From: Octopus sinensis
Lineage: Eukaryota
Assembly (NCBI RefSeq): GCF_006345805.1
Contig: NC_043006.1
Location: 80,662,001-80,726,000 of the forward strand
Length of the DNA: 64,000 nt
Direction: 5' to 3'
The notes under the pieces were generated by a model. The model searched no databases. It was not told the DNA's origin and saw only the letters and a list, made by a program, of their open reading frames with translations. Positions 52,098 to 64,000 of this stretch are shown here, one piece after another; position 1 is the first letter of the stretch, and every line of letters begins with the position of its first letter. A program made the translations under genes and the position numbers.

Positions 52098-52693
52098 ATA
52101 TATATATGCGTGTGTATGTGTGTGTTCGTGCACGTAGGTGTAGATATACATTCATATATATATATATATACAAATATGTATGTATGTATGTGTATATGTG
52201 TATATGTGTATATATGCACGTGCCCATATTCTTGAATGTATTTCTTCTCTGTATGGGGATTTGCGTATTCACTTTCACATTCATACACACAGTCAGTCAG
52301 CCATTCTCCCTCTCTCTCTCGCTCCCTCTCACTCTTATACATACACCCTATGTATCTGTCACTCTCTTCGTATATATACATATATACATTCGGACGCGTG
52401 CGCGCTCTCACATACGCGCACACACACGCACACACACGCACACTCAAACACACACACAAACACTCACACACATACACATATAGACATATACCTACAGAAA
52501 CACACATGTATTCTTGAATCTGCTTAAGAGCTTTAGGACGTGTCAGAATATCAACATGAAGGATTTTGTGTGGAGAATTAGGGGCTTAAGAGTTGAAACT
52601 GGAAGTGAAACTCAGTAAGTACGGCTTACCGATAGCACAAGGCTGAAGCAATTGATTTTTAATTTATGTAGTTGTACGTATGTGTGCATCAAT

Positions 52694-55600
52694 ATATTTT
52701 AATTGTTTCAGCCATTTGACTGTAGAGCAGCCTTGTGACATAGCCTTGTGGCATAACCTTGTGGCATAGCCTTGTGGCATAACCTTGTGGCATAGCCTTG
52801 TGGCATAACCTTGTGGCACATACTTGTGACATAGCCTTGTGGCATAACCTTGTGGCATAGCTTGTGGCATAACCTTGTGACATAGCCTTGTGGCATAACC
52901 TTGTGACATAGCCTTGTGGCATAACCTTGTGGCATAGCCTGTGGCATAACCTTGTGGCATAGCCTTGTGGCATAACCTTGTGGCACATAAGTGTGACATA
53001 GCTTGTGGCATAACCTTGTGGCATAGCCTTGTGGCATAACCTTGTGACATAGCCTTGTGGCATAACCTTGTGACATAGCCTTGTGGCATAACCTTGTGGC
53101 ATAGCCTTGTGGCATAACCTTGTGGCATAGCCTTGTGGCATAACCTTGTGGGACATACTTGTGACATAGCCTTGTGGCATAACCTTGTGACATAGCCTTG
53201 TGGCATAACCTTGTGACATAGCCTTGTGGCATAACCTTGTGGCATAGCCTTGTGGCATAACCTTGTGGCATAGCCTTGTGGCATAACCTTGTGACATAGC
53301 CTTGTGGCATAACCTTGTGGCATAGCCTTGTGGCATAACCTTGTGACATAGCCTTGTGGCATAACCTTGTGACATAGCCTTGTGGCATAACCTTGTGACA
53401 TAGCCTTGTGGCATAACCTTGTGGCATAGCCTTGTGGCATAACCTTGTGGCATAGCCTTGTGGCATAACCTTGTGGCACATACTTGTGACATAGCCTTGT
53501 GGCATAACCTTGTGGCATAGCCTTGTGGCATAACCTTGTGACATAGCCTTGTGGCATAACCTTGTGACATAGCCTTGTGGCATAACCTTGTGGCATAGCC
53601 TTGTGGCATAACCTTGTGGCATAGCCTTGTGGCATAACCTTGTGGCACATACTTGTGACATAGCCTTGTGGCATAACCTTGTGGTATAGCCTTGTGGCAT
53701 AACCTTGTGACATAGCCTTGTGGCATAACCTTGTGACATAGCCTTGTGGCATAACCTTGTGGCATAGCCTTGTGGCATAACCTTGTGGCATAGCCTTGTG
53801 GCATAACCTTGTGGCACATACTTGTGACATAGCCTTGTGGCATAACCTTGTGGCATAGCCTTGTGGCATAACCTTGTGACATAGCCTTGTGGCATAACCT
53901 TGTGACATAGCCTTGTGGCATAACCTTGTGGCATAGCCTTGTGGCATAACCTTGTGGCATAGCCTTGTGGCATAACCTTGTGGCACAACCTTGTGACATA
54001 GCCTTGTGGCATAACCTTGTGACATAGCCTTGTGGCATAACCTTGTGACATAGCCTTGTGGCATAACCTTGTGGCATAGCCTTGTGGCATAACCTTGTGG
54101 CATAGCCTTGTGGCATAACCTTGTGGCACATACTTGTGACATAGCCTTGTGGCATAACCTTGTGGCATAGCCTTGTGGCATAACCTTGTGACATAGCCTT
54201 GTGGCATAACCTTGTGACATAGCCTTGTGGCATAACCTTGTGGCATAGCCTTGTGGCATAACCTTGTGGCATAGCCTTGTGGCATAACCTTGTGGCATAC
54301 TACTTGTTGACATAACCTTGTGGCATAACCGTTGGATGCCTTGTGGCATAACCTTGTGACATAGCCTTGTGGCATAACCTTGTGACATAGCCTTGTGGCA
54401 TAACCTTGTGGCATAGCCTTGTGGCATAACCTTGTGGCATAGCCTTGTGGCATAACCTTGTGACATAGCCTTGTGGCATAACCTTGTGGCATAACCTTGT
54501 GGCATAACCTTGTGACATAGCCTTGTGGCATAACCTTGTGACATAGCCTTGTGGCATAACCTTGTGGCATAGCCTTGTGGCATAACCTTGTGGCATAGCC
54601 TTGTGGCATAACCTTGTGACATAGCCTTGTGGCATAACCTTGTGGCATAGCCTTGTGGCATAACCTTGTGGCATAGCCTTGTGGCATAACCTTGTGGCAT
54701 AGCCTTGTGGCATAACCTGTGGCATATAACCTTGTGACATAGCCTGTGGCATAACCTTGTGACATAGCCTTGTGTGGCATAACCTTGTGGCATAGCCTTG
54801 TGGCATAACCTTGTGGCATAGCCTTGTGGCATAACCTTGTGACATAGCCTTGTGGCATAACCTTGTGGCATAACCTTGTGGCATAACCTTGTGACATAGC
54901 CTGTGGCATAACCTTGTGGCATAGCCTTGTGGCATAACCTTGTGGCATAGCCTTGTGGCATAACCTTGTGGCATAGCTTGTGGCATAAACCTTGTGGCAT
55001 AACCTTGTGGCATAACCTTGTGACATAGCCTTGTGGCATAACCTTGTGACATAGCCTTGTGGCATAGCCTTGTGGCATAACCTTGTGACATAGCCTTGTG
55101 GCATAACCTTGCGACATAGCCTTGTGGCATAACCTTGTGGCATAACCTTGTGGCATAACCTTGTGACATAGCCTTGTGGCATAACCTTGTGGCATAACCT
55201 TGTGGCATAACCTTGTGACATAGCCTTGTGGCATAACCTTGTGGCATAACCTTGTGGCATAACCTTGTGACATAGCCTTGTGGCATAACCTTGTGACATA
55301 GCCTTGTGGCATAGCCTTGTGGCATAACCTTGTGACATAGCCTTGTGGCATAACCTTGTGACATAGCCTTGTGGCATAACCTTGTGGCATAGCCTTGTGG
55401 CATAACCTTGTGGCATAGCCTTGTGGCATAACCTTGTGACATAGCCTTGTGGCATAACCTGTGGGCATAACCTTGTGGCATAACCTTGTGACATAGCCTT
55501 GTGGCATAACCTTGTGGCATAACCTTGTGGCATACCCTGTGACATAGCCTTGTGGCATAACCTTGTGGCATAACCTTGTGGCATAACCTTGTGACATAGC

Positions 55601-58600
55601 CTTGTGGCATAACCTTGTGACATAGCCTTGTGGCATAGCCTTGTGGCATAACCTTGTGACATAGCCTTGTGGCATAACCTTGTGACATAGCCTTGTGGCA
55701 TAACCTTGTGCATAGCCTTGTGCATAACCTTGTGGCATAGCCTTGTGGCATAACCTTGTGACATAGCCTTGTGGCAAACCTTGTGGCATAACCTTGTGGC
55801 ATAACCTTTGGACATACCTTGTGGCATAACCTTGTGACATAGCCTTGTGGCATAACCTTGTGTGCATAGCCTTGTGGCATAACCTTGTGACATAGCCTTG
55901 TGGCATAACCTTGTGGCATAGCCTTGTGGCATAACCTTGTGGCATAGCCTTGTGTGCATAACCTTGTGTACATAGCCTTGTGGCATAACCTTGTGGCATA
56001 GCCTTGTGGCATAACCTTGTGACATAGCCTTTGTGCATAACCTTGTGGCATAGCCTTGTGGCATAACCTTGTGGCATAGCCTTGTGGCATAAACCTTGTA
56101 CATAGCCTTGTGGCATAACCTTGTGGCATAACCTTGTGGCATAACCTTGTGACATAGCCTTGTGGCATAACCTTGTGCATAGCCTTGTGGCATAACCTGT
56201 GGCATACCTTGTGGCATAACCTTGTGGCATAGCTTGTGGCATAACCTTGTGACATAGCCTTGTGGCATAACCTTGTGACATAGCCTTGTGGCATAACCTT
56301 GTGGCATAGCCTTGTGGCATAACCTTGTGACATAGCCTTGTGGCATAACCTTGTGGCATAGCCTTGTGGCATAACCTTGTGGCATAGCCTTGTGGCATAA
56401 CCTTGTGACATAGCCTTGTGGCATAACCTTGTGGCATAGCCTTGTGGCATAACCTTGTGGCATAACCTTGTGACATAGCCTTGTGGCATAACCTTGTGAC
56501 ATAGCCTTGTGACATAACCTTGTGGCATAGCCTTGTGGCATAACCTTGTGGCATAGCCTTGTGGCATAACCTTGTGGCATAGCCTTGTGGCATAACCTTG
56601 TGACATAACCTTGTGGCATAGCCTTGTGGCATAACCTTGTGACATAGCCTTGTGACATAACCTTGTGGCATAGCCTTGTGGCATAACCTTGTGGCATAGC
56701 CTTGTGGCATAACCTTGTGGCATAGCCTTGTGGCATAACCTTGTGGCATAGCCTTGTGGCATAACCTTGTGGCATAACCTTGTGACATAGCCTTGTGGCA
56801 TAACCTTGTGACATAGCCTTGTGACATAGCCTTGTGGCATAACCTTGTGACATAACCTTGTGACATAACCCTGTGACATAGCCTTGTGGCATAACCTTGT
56901 GACATAACCTTGTGGCATAACCTTGTGACATAACCTTGTGGCATAACCTTGTGACATAGCCTTGTGACATAGCCTTGTGGCATAACCTTGTGACATAACC
57001 TTGTGACATAACCTTGTGACATAGCCTTGTGGCATAACCTTGTGACATAGCCTTTGGCATAACCTTGTGACATAACCTTGTGGCATAACCTTGTGACATA
57101 GCCTTGTGGCATAACTTGTGACATAGCCTTGTGGCATAACCTTGTGGCATAGCCTTGTGGCATAACCTTGTGACATAGCCTTGGGCATAACCTTGTGGCA
57201 TAGCCTTGTGGCATAACCTTGTGGCATAGCCTTGTGGCATAACCTTGTGGCACATACTTGTGACATAACCTTGTGGCACATACTTGTGACATAGCCTTGT
57301 GGCATAACCTTGTGGCATAGCCTTGTGGCATAACCTTGTGGCATAGCCTTGTGGCATAACCTTGTGGCATAGCCTTGTGGCATAACCTTGTGGCACATAC
57401 TTGTGACATAGCCTTGTGGCATAACCTTGTGGCATAGCCTTGTGGCATAACCTTGTGGCATAGCCTTGTGGCATAACCTTGTGGCATAGCCTTGTGGCAT
57501 AACCTTGTGGCATAACCTTGTGACATAGCCTTGTGACATAACCTTGTGGCATAGCCTTGTGGCATAACCTTGTGGCACATACTTGTGACATAGCCTTGTG
57601 GCATAACCTTGTGGCATAACCTTGTGGCATAGCCTTGTGGCATAACCTTGTGGCATAGCCTTGTGGCATAACCTTGTGGCATAGCCTTGTTGCATAACCT
57701 TGTGGCATAACCTTGTGACATAGCCTTGTGGCACAACCTTGTGACATAACCTTGTGACATAACCTTGTGACATAGACTTGTGGCATAACCTTGTGACATA
57801 ACCTTGTGGCATAACCTTGTGACATAACCTTGTGGCATAACCTTGTGACATAGCCTTGTGACATAGCCTTGTGGCATAACCTTGTGACATAACCTTGTGA
57901 CATAACCTTGTGACATAGCCTTGTGGCATAACCTTGTGACATAGCCTTGTGGCATAACCTTGTGACATAACCTTGTGGCATAACCTTGTGACATAGCCTT
58001 GTGGCATAACCTTGTGACATAGCCTTGTGGCATAACCTTGTGGCATAGCCTTGTGGCATAACCTTGTGGCATAGCCTTGTGGCATAACCTTGTGACATAG
58101 CCTTGTGGCATAACCTTGTGGCATAGCCTTGTGGCATAACCTTGTGGCATAACCTTGTGGCATAGCCTTGTGGCATAACCTTGTGGCATAACCTTGTGGC
58201 ATAACCTTGTGACATAGCCTTGTGGCATAACCTTGTGGCATAACCTTGTGACATAACCTTGTGACATAGCCTTGTGGCATAACCTTGTGACATAGCCTTG
58301 TGGCATAACCTTGTGGCATAGCCTTGTGGCATAACCTTGTGGCATAGCCTTGTGGCATAACCTTGTGACATAGCCTTGTGGCATAACCTTGTGGCATAGC
58401 CTTCTGGCATAACCTTGTGGCATAGCCTTGTGGCATAACCTTGTGGCATAGCCTTGTGGCATAACCTTGTGGCATAACCTTGTGGCATAACCTTGTGACA
58501 TAGCCTTGTGGCATAACCTTGTGACATAGCCTTGTGGCATAACCTTGTGGCATAGCCTTGTGACATAGCCTTGTGGCATAACCTTGTGGCATAGCCTTGT

Positions 58601-59035
58601 GGCATAACCTTGTGACATAGCCTTGTGGCATAACCTTGTGACATAGCCTTGTGGCATAACCTTGTGGCATAGCCTTGTGGCATAACCTTGTGGCATAGCC
58701 TTGTGGCATAACCTTGTGACATAGCCTTGTGGCATAACCTTGTGGCATAGCCTTGTGGCATAACCTTGTGACATAGCCTTGTGGCATAACCTTGTGGCAT
58801 AACCTTGTGGCATAACCTTGTGGCACATACTTGTGATATAGCCTTGTGGCACAGCCTTGTGGAACAGCCTTGGGGCACAGACGTGAAAGATTATAGTTGA
58901 ACAAATCGACGACAGGACTTATGTTTTAAATCCTAGTACTTATTCTATCGGTTAAACTTTTGCCGAACCGCATGCTTACAAGGGCGTAAACACAGCAACA
59001 CCGGTTGTCAAGCGGTGGGGAAGGACAAACACGGA
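52694..59035 (-). mobile_element. SINE family B tail split by the satellite (52694-52730 and 58866-59035)
   Basis: Left flank TTGTTTCAGCCATTTGACTG and right flank ...GTTGAACAAATCGAC..CCTAGTACTTATTCTATCGG..TTTGCCGAACCG are consecutive parts of the tail at 37200-37390. Confidence 0.8.
52728..58878. repeat. 13-bp satellite, ~470 units, consensus CATA(G/A)CCTTGTG(G/A)
   Basis: Direct reading; CATAGCC- and CATAACC- units alternate (26-bp dimer); a marker unit CACATACTTGTGA defines a higher-order repeat. Confidence 0.99.
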
Positions 59036-59139
59036 CACAAAAATTTACGCAAGTTGATATATACATATATATATGGGAGTGTATGTATATATATATATAT
59101 ACATATACAATATACATATATATACACATACACACACAT

Positions 59140-59435
59140 ATATCTTTTATTCTTTTATTATTTACACGCTTTTTTCGTTTGACTGCGGCCATGCTGGAGC
59201 ACTGCCTTGAACGTCTTTTTTGAGTCGTAGAATTACACCTCAGGACTTATTCTTTGTAAGCCTAGTGCTTATTCTATTGTTCTGTCTTGCCGAACCGCTA
59301 AGTTACGGGTGTCTTTCACTTCCCGTCTACCAAATCCACTGGCAAGGCTTAGGTCGGCCTGAGACTATAGTGGAAAACACTTGCTGCAGGTGCCAGTGGT
59401 TGAGAAACAAGCTTCTTGCTACTACTGCGCCTATG
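59140..59435 (-). mobile_element. SINE family B, internally deleted
   Basis: Tail and head segments match 60185-60570. Confidence 0.8.
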
Positions 59436-59569
59436 TATGTATAGTAATACACGGGTACAAGTCTATTTGTGTGTGCGTGCGTATATATCTAACTATGTAT
59501 TTTCTTACTGAATTTCATTGCCATAGCCTGAGTTAGAGCAAGTACGAAAGTATTTAATTGGTCATATTT

Positions 59570-59801
59570 ATATTTCTTTACAACCCACAAGGGGCTAAAC
59601 ACAGAGGAGACAAACAAGGACAGACAAACGGATTAAGTCGATTACATCGACCCCAGTGCGTAACTGGTACTTAATTTATCGACCCCGGAAAGATGAAAGG
59701 CAAAGTCGACCTCGGCGGAATTTGAACTCGGAACGTAATGGCAGACGAAATACGGCAACGCATTTCGCCCGGCGTGCTAATGTTTCTGCCAACTCGCCGC
59801 C
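59570..59801 (-). mobile_element. SINE family C, full length, 15-bp TSD
   Basis: Colinear with 21937-22169; TTAATTGGTCATATT on both sides. Confidence 0.88.
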
Positions 59802-60184
59802 TTATTAATTGGTCATATTATTGTATGGTGTTTTACCGTTTGACGGATAAGGCTCTGTTCATGTAAAAGTATGGTCTTGAAAGGTCTGTAGTCTCTTATA
59901 GTGACACACGACTGATTTTAATCTGGTGCTTTATTGACTTAATTATAATCTTAAATGGTAGTGTTTAATTTTTAACCTATGCCGTTTAAAGATAACGGTT
60001 CCTTTGTAAAATACATAAACCTATAAATATGTTTTCAGACGTAAGGATAGACTAACATGCGTATACACAATATACACATATATGCACACACTGTATCACA
60101 CCCATAATATGCATAATATGCATACATACTAATATATATGCGGGTATATATACATATATATACACACATATATATATATATATA

Positions 60185-60570
60185 TTACTCTTTTACTCTC
60201 TTTTGCTTGTTTCAGTCATTTGACTGCGGCCATGCTGGAGCACCGCCTTTAATCGAGCAACTCGACCCCGGGACTTATTCTTTTATAAGCCCAGTACTTA
60301 TTCGATCCGTCTCTTTTGCCGAACCGCTAATTAACGGGGACATAAACACACCAGCTTCGGTTGTCAAGCAATGCTAGGGGGGTAAACACAGACACACAAA
60401 CACACACACACATATATATATATATATACATATATACGACGGGCTTCTTTCAGTTTCCGTCTACCAAATCCACTTACAAGGCTTTGGTCGGCCCGAGGCT
60501 ATAGTAGAAGACACTTGCCCAAGGTGCCACGCAGTGGGACTGAACCCGGAACCACTCCTGCGCCTCCACA
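60185..60570 (-). mobile_element. SINE family B, near full length
   Basis: Colinear with 18925-19390; CCTTGGGCAAGTG CORE-like motif on minus. Confidence 0.88.
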
Positions 60571-60577
60571 CAGTCAC

Positions 60578-60609
<32 letters not shown>

Positions 60610-60686
60610 ATATATAGCGGTGTACGTACACTTTGTTCTCTTTTATATATATATACATATATATATGTAGGGGTATAATTTGGATA

Positions 60687-60898
60687 TGAGGGGATGCTCA
60701 AAAGTGCCTGGATTCAAAGGTGTCGCGAAAAGCCTGGTTGGACGCCCAACCTTCCCAGTTGTTTTACAAATGAAGGACCGCTGCAAAACCCATCAGAGTG
60801 TGTGGATCTGAGAGAGGAATATGTTGAAAGAAATCATAATTAACTTACCCTCCTGTATTTTCTTTATCCAAAGCCAAGAACCTTTCAGCAACCCTTCG
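60687..60898. mobile_element. mariner-derived MITE (212 bp), TA TSD
   Basis: TA|TGAGGGGATGCTCAAAAGT ... CCTTTCAGCAACCCTTCG|TA imperfect TIRs. Confidence 0.7.
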
Positions 60899-61216
60899 TA
60901 TACATACGTACGCGTGCGCGTGTGTATGCGGTTGTATGTATGTATGTATGTATGTATGTATGTATGTATGTATGTATGTATGTATGTATGTATGTATATA
61001 TATATATATATGTATGTATATATATATAGGGAGAGAGAGAGAGAGAGAGAGAGAGTGAGGGAGAGATAGATAGATAAATAGATATGCTTAAATATTTTAC
61101 GAGAAATATTTAATTTTAAAAGTTTTCAAAAATTGATTTAGTTTCATTCATAATAAAACCGGGGAAATTTTAGTATTTTAGAATGCAGTCCTTCACTGGA
61201 AACATGACAAACACAC

Positions 61217-61220
<4 letters not shown>

Positions 61221-61283
<63 letters not shown>
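61221..61283. repeat. (GA)n microsatellite
   Basis: Direct reading; many further (TA)n, (CA)n and (CATA)n arrays, e.g. 2645-2703, 34440-34518, 35895-35965, 51870-52105, 61770-62100. Confidence 0.98.
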
Positions 61284-61297
<14 letters not shown>

Positions 61298-61766
61298 GAG
61301 AAAGAGGGAGATAAAGATAAAGTGCATCAAGGAGGGAGAATTAGAAAAAAAGAAAAGCTGAAAATCAAAGAAAGATAAAAAGCAGAGAGCTAAATGGCCA
61401 CATGTTGCTTACGATAAAATTAGTTTACTGAATGGCCCTGGTGTAAGTAACAAGTGGGCATTCGGTTTTCTTTACTGTCTTTTATATTCCTTATCTAGTT
61501 CCTTGTTTTTTTTTTTTCCTTTTTGTATGTGTGTATGTCTTATTTGTGTGTGTGTGTATGTGTGTTGCCGATGAAAGATTTCACTCAGAATCTCTAAACA
61601 TGTTTCAGCTCTATCAAGCGTGAAACTCTTACCACATTTTTGGCGTGATTTCAATGCTTTTCTTACTTTAGAATATATTCTTCACGCTTACGCGGATATC
61701 CATCCGTTCGTTTTGGGGTTTCTATCATCTTTTTGTTTGTTACTGTTTTGCATTACACCGGATACA

Positions 61767-61826
<60 letters not shown>

Positions 61827-61865
61827 ATGTGTAATATATATATATATATATAATATTATGTATAA

Positions 61866-61917
<52 letters not shown>

Positions 61918-61918
61918 A

Positions 61919-61967
<49 letters not shown>

Positions 61968-62045
61968 TATATATATAATATATTATGTCTATAATTATAT
62001 ATATGTATATGTATATATATGTATATATATATATATATATATAGG

Positions 62046-62099
<54 letters not shown>

Positions 62100-62847
62100 C
62101 AAACGTATATACATTCATATTTATACACCACATACGTATACATTTATGCGCGCATACGCGTGTTTCAATGTTATTTTGTGCTTTGTATGCAGAACAAATA
62201 ATCAATTATATGGGAACTGAATAGAACTAAATGTAATTTATTGCTATAAACTCAAAACTTCACGTATAAGGACAGAACAAGAAAATATCTGTATAACTGA
62301 AAACAACATAAATGATATTGAAATATGTTCATTCTTACAAGAATTTGAATAGCCCTTACGTCACTTCATTATTATGCAGGGTGCAATAATTATGACTTTA
62401 GAAAGGAATATTCACAGTGAAATATTTCTGTAAATGCATTGTTCCTTAGCGATAACCTTCTTAGCATCTGCATTGATGTTAAGGTTATTAAAACGGCTTT
62501 ACGAATAAAGTTAACATATTGAAATCTCACTAATGTTGTTGGCTATTATTCTTTCTAAATGATACATATATACGTACATACATTCATGCGTCCCTGCATC
62601 CATCCATCTATACATACGTATATACATACATGCATGCTTACATACATCCATACAAACATACATAGAAGACTAGAAAATGCTAGGATTTTCTAAGGAAGAA
62701 CAAAACAATAGATACATCTTGCAAATCCAATCTATCAGATGCGCAGTAAATATACACACATGCACATATACTCATGCATAAACACATAAGTGATAAAGAT
62801 ATATTCTCACAGAGAACATTAGCAGTGGTTAATATACCTACATATTA

Positions 62848-63032
62848 GGGCCGTATTTCTTCTGCAGTTACGTTCTGAGTTCAAATTCCGGCAAGGTCGA
62901 CTTTGCCTTTCATTCTTTCGGGGTCGATTAAATAAGTACCAGTTACGCACTGTTGTCAATGTCATCGACTTAATCCCCTTTTCTGTTTGTTCCCTCTATG
63001 TTTAACCTCCTGTGGGCAATAAATAAATAAAT
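62848..63032 (+). mobile_element. SINE family C, 5'-truncated
   Basis: GAGTTCAAATTCC..GCCTTTCATTCTTTCGGGGTCGAT..TGTGGGCAATAAA. Confidence 0.8.
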
Positions 63033-63720
63033 ATATCTACATATACCCACCCACTAAATAAACCACTTGACACTAAAAGTCATGTTACTTTGCAAGTGAT
63101 TGGCTTGAGATTAATGAAGGAGAACTTAAATATATCTGAAAGAAAACATACATACATACATGCATGTATGTATGTAAGTATGTCATTATTCAGTTTATTT
63201 GAAGATTTCATGCCATTAGAGAGAGAAGCAGTTTCTAGCCTAGATTCAAAGATCCTTCATTGGAATTTCAACATCAACAAAAGGGTATTTTCGTTTGTAT
63301 GTATGTATGTATGTATGTATGTATGTATGTATGTATTTATGTGCAGATTTATATGTTTTATATATGTATTCTCATCCATATAGTTGCATATCTAGACATG
63401 CTCATATATATTCAAATGATAATCTTCTGATAAATTTTACAGATTTTTAGAGTTGCAGTGATGGGTTGGATCTGTAGTCTTCGAATTAGTTTCCTCCTTT
63501 CTGGTTTTGAGAAGACTAATTTCTCAAGATCGGTATGTATGTATGTATGTATGCATTTATTCTTTTATTTCTTTCAGGAATTTGACTGCGGCCATGCTGG
63601 AGCACCACCTTTTAGACGAACAACGCGAACCGAGAACAGTTTCTAAGCTACGTACTTATTCTATGGGCATCTTTGGCGATACATACATGCGTACATATTA
63701 TATATATATATATATATATA

Positions 63721-63752
<32 letters not shown>

Positions 63753-64000
63753 ATATAATTTCAACAATTGAGGGTAAAATTAATTAATTAATCAATTTCA
63801 CCAAGTATTCAGTATGCAAAGGGACCATTTAAGGCGAATTCAAATTATTACATTATATAAAAGGGCTTAGTAAAATAAATTACTTTGCCGCATACTGAAC
63901 TCATTAGAAATAGCAGCTAAAAAAACTTTTTTAAAACTATTTCTAATACTTAAAGAAAACCTCTCTCATATAGTGTTTGCTCAATTTAACTCACGAAAGT

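Noticed and set aside
51694-52527. Long YI/CV/HT-repeat ORFs here and throughout the window
   Set aside because: They arise from (TA)n, (TG)n and (CTAT)n microsatellites.
52537-52614. Possible 78-bp symmetric exon (AG|...|GTAAGT, TCQNINMKDFVWRIRGLRVETGSET)
   Set aside because: The acceptor lacks a pyrimidine tract, the peptide is unrecognised and there are no partner exons; it needs RNA-seq.
52728-58878. CRISPR-like regular repeat
   Set aside because: There are no unique spacers and no cas genes, and the context is eukaryotic.
52664-58904. Giant minus-strand ORFs (1500-2060 aa, MPQGYATRLCHKV repeats) in all three frames
   Set aside because: The 13-bp unit and its common variants contain no stop triplet on the minus strand, and 13 is not a multiple of 3, so every frame gives the same peptide; indels shift frames freely. 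This is a compositional artefact.

Overview
Eukaryotic, AT-rich, gene-poor DNA with one 100-N assembly gap (18510-18609). The SINE families and microsatellite load look like an Octopus genome, but that is inferred from recall, not a database result. I found no host protein-coding gene I can support; almost all long ORFs in the track are artefacts of simple repeats. The window is a dense mosaic of transposable elements: three or four tRNA-headed SINE families; Penelope-like elements (PLEs, one Neptune-type and one Naiad-type with RT plus GIY-YIG); CR1-type and R4/Dong-type LINE fragments; Tc1/mariner remnants; non-autonomous Helitrons; a 6.15-kb 13-bp satellite; and many microsatellites. Three things stand out. 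(1) More than a dozen minimal type I hammerhead ribozyme motifs with palindromic stem III sit in small non-coding, terminally redundant or fold-back elements inserted in (TA)n. Several have unusual cores, including a compensatory U3-A8 pair, and three fold-back junctions map at the ribozyme. (2) A complete ORF1-only L1/Tx1-like element with a 15-bp TSD is inserted in a SINE head. (3) The satellite appears to have grown inside a single SINE copy and has a 13x13 = 169-bp higher-order repeat. All ribozyme calls are hand-folded and untested.
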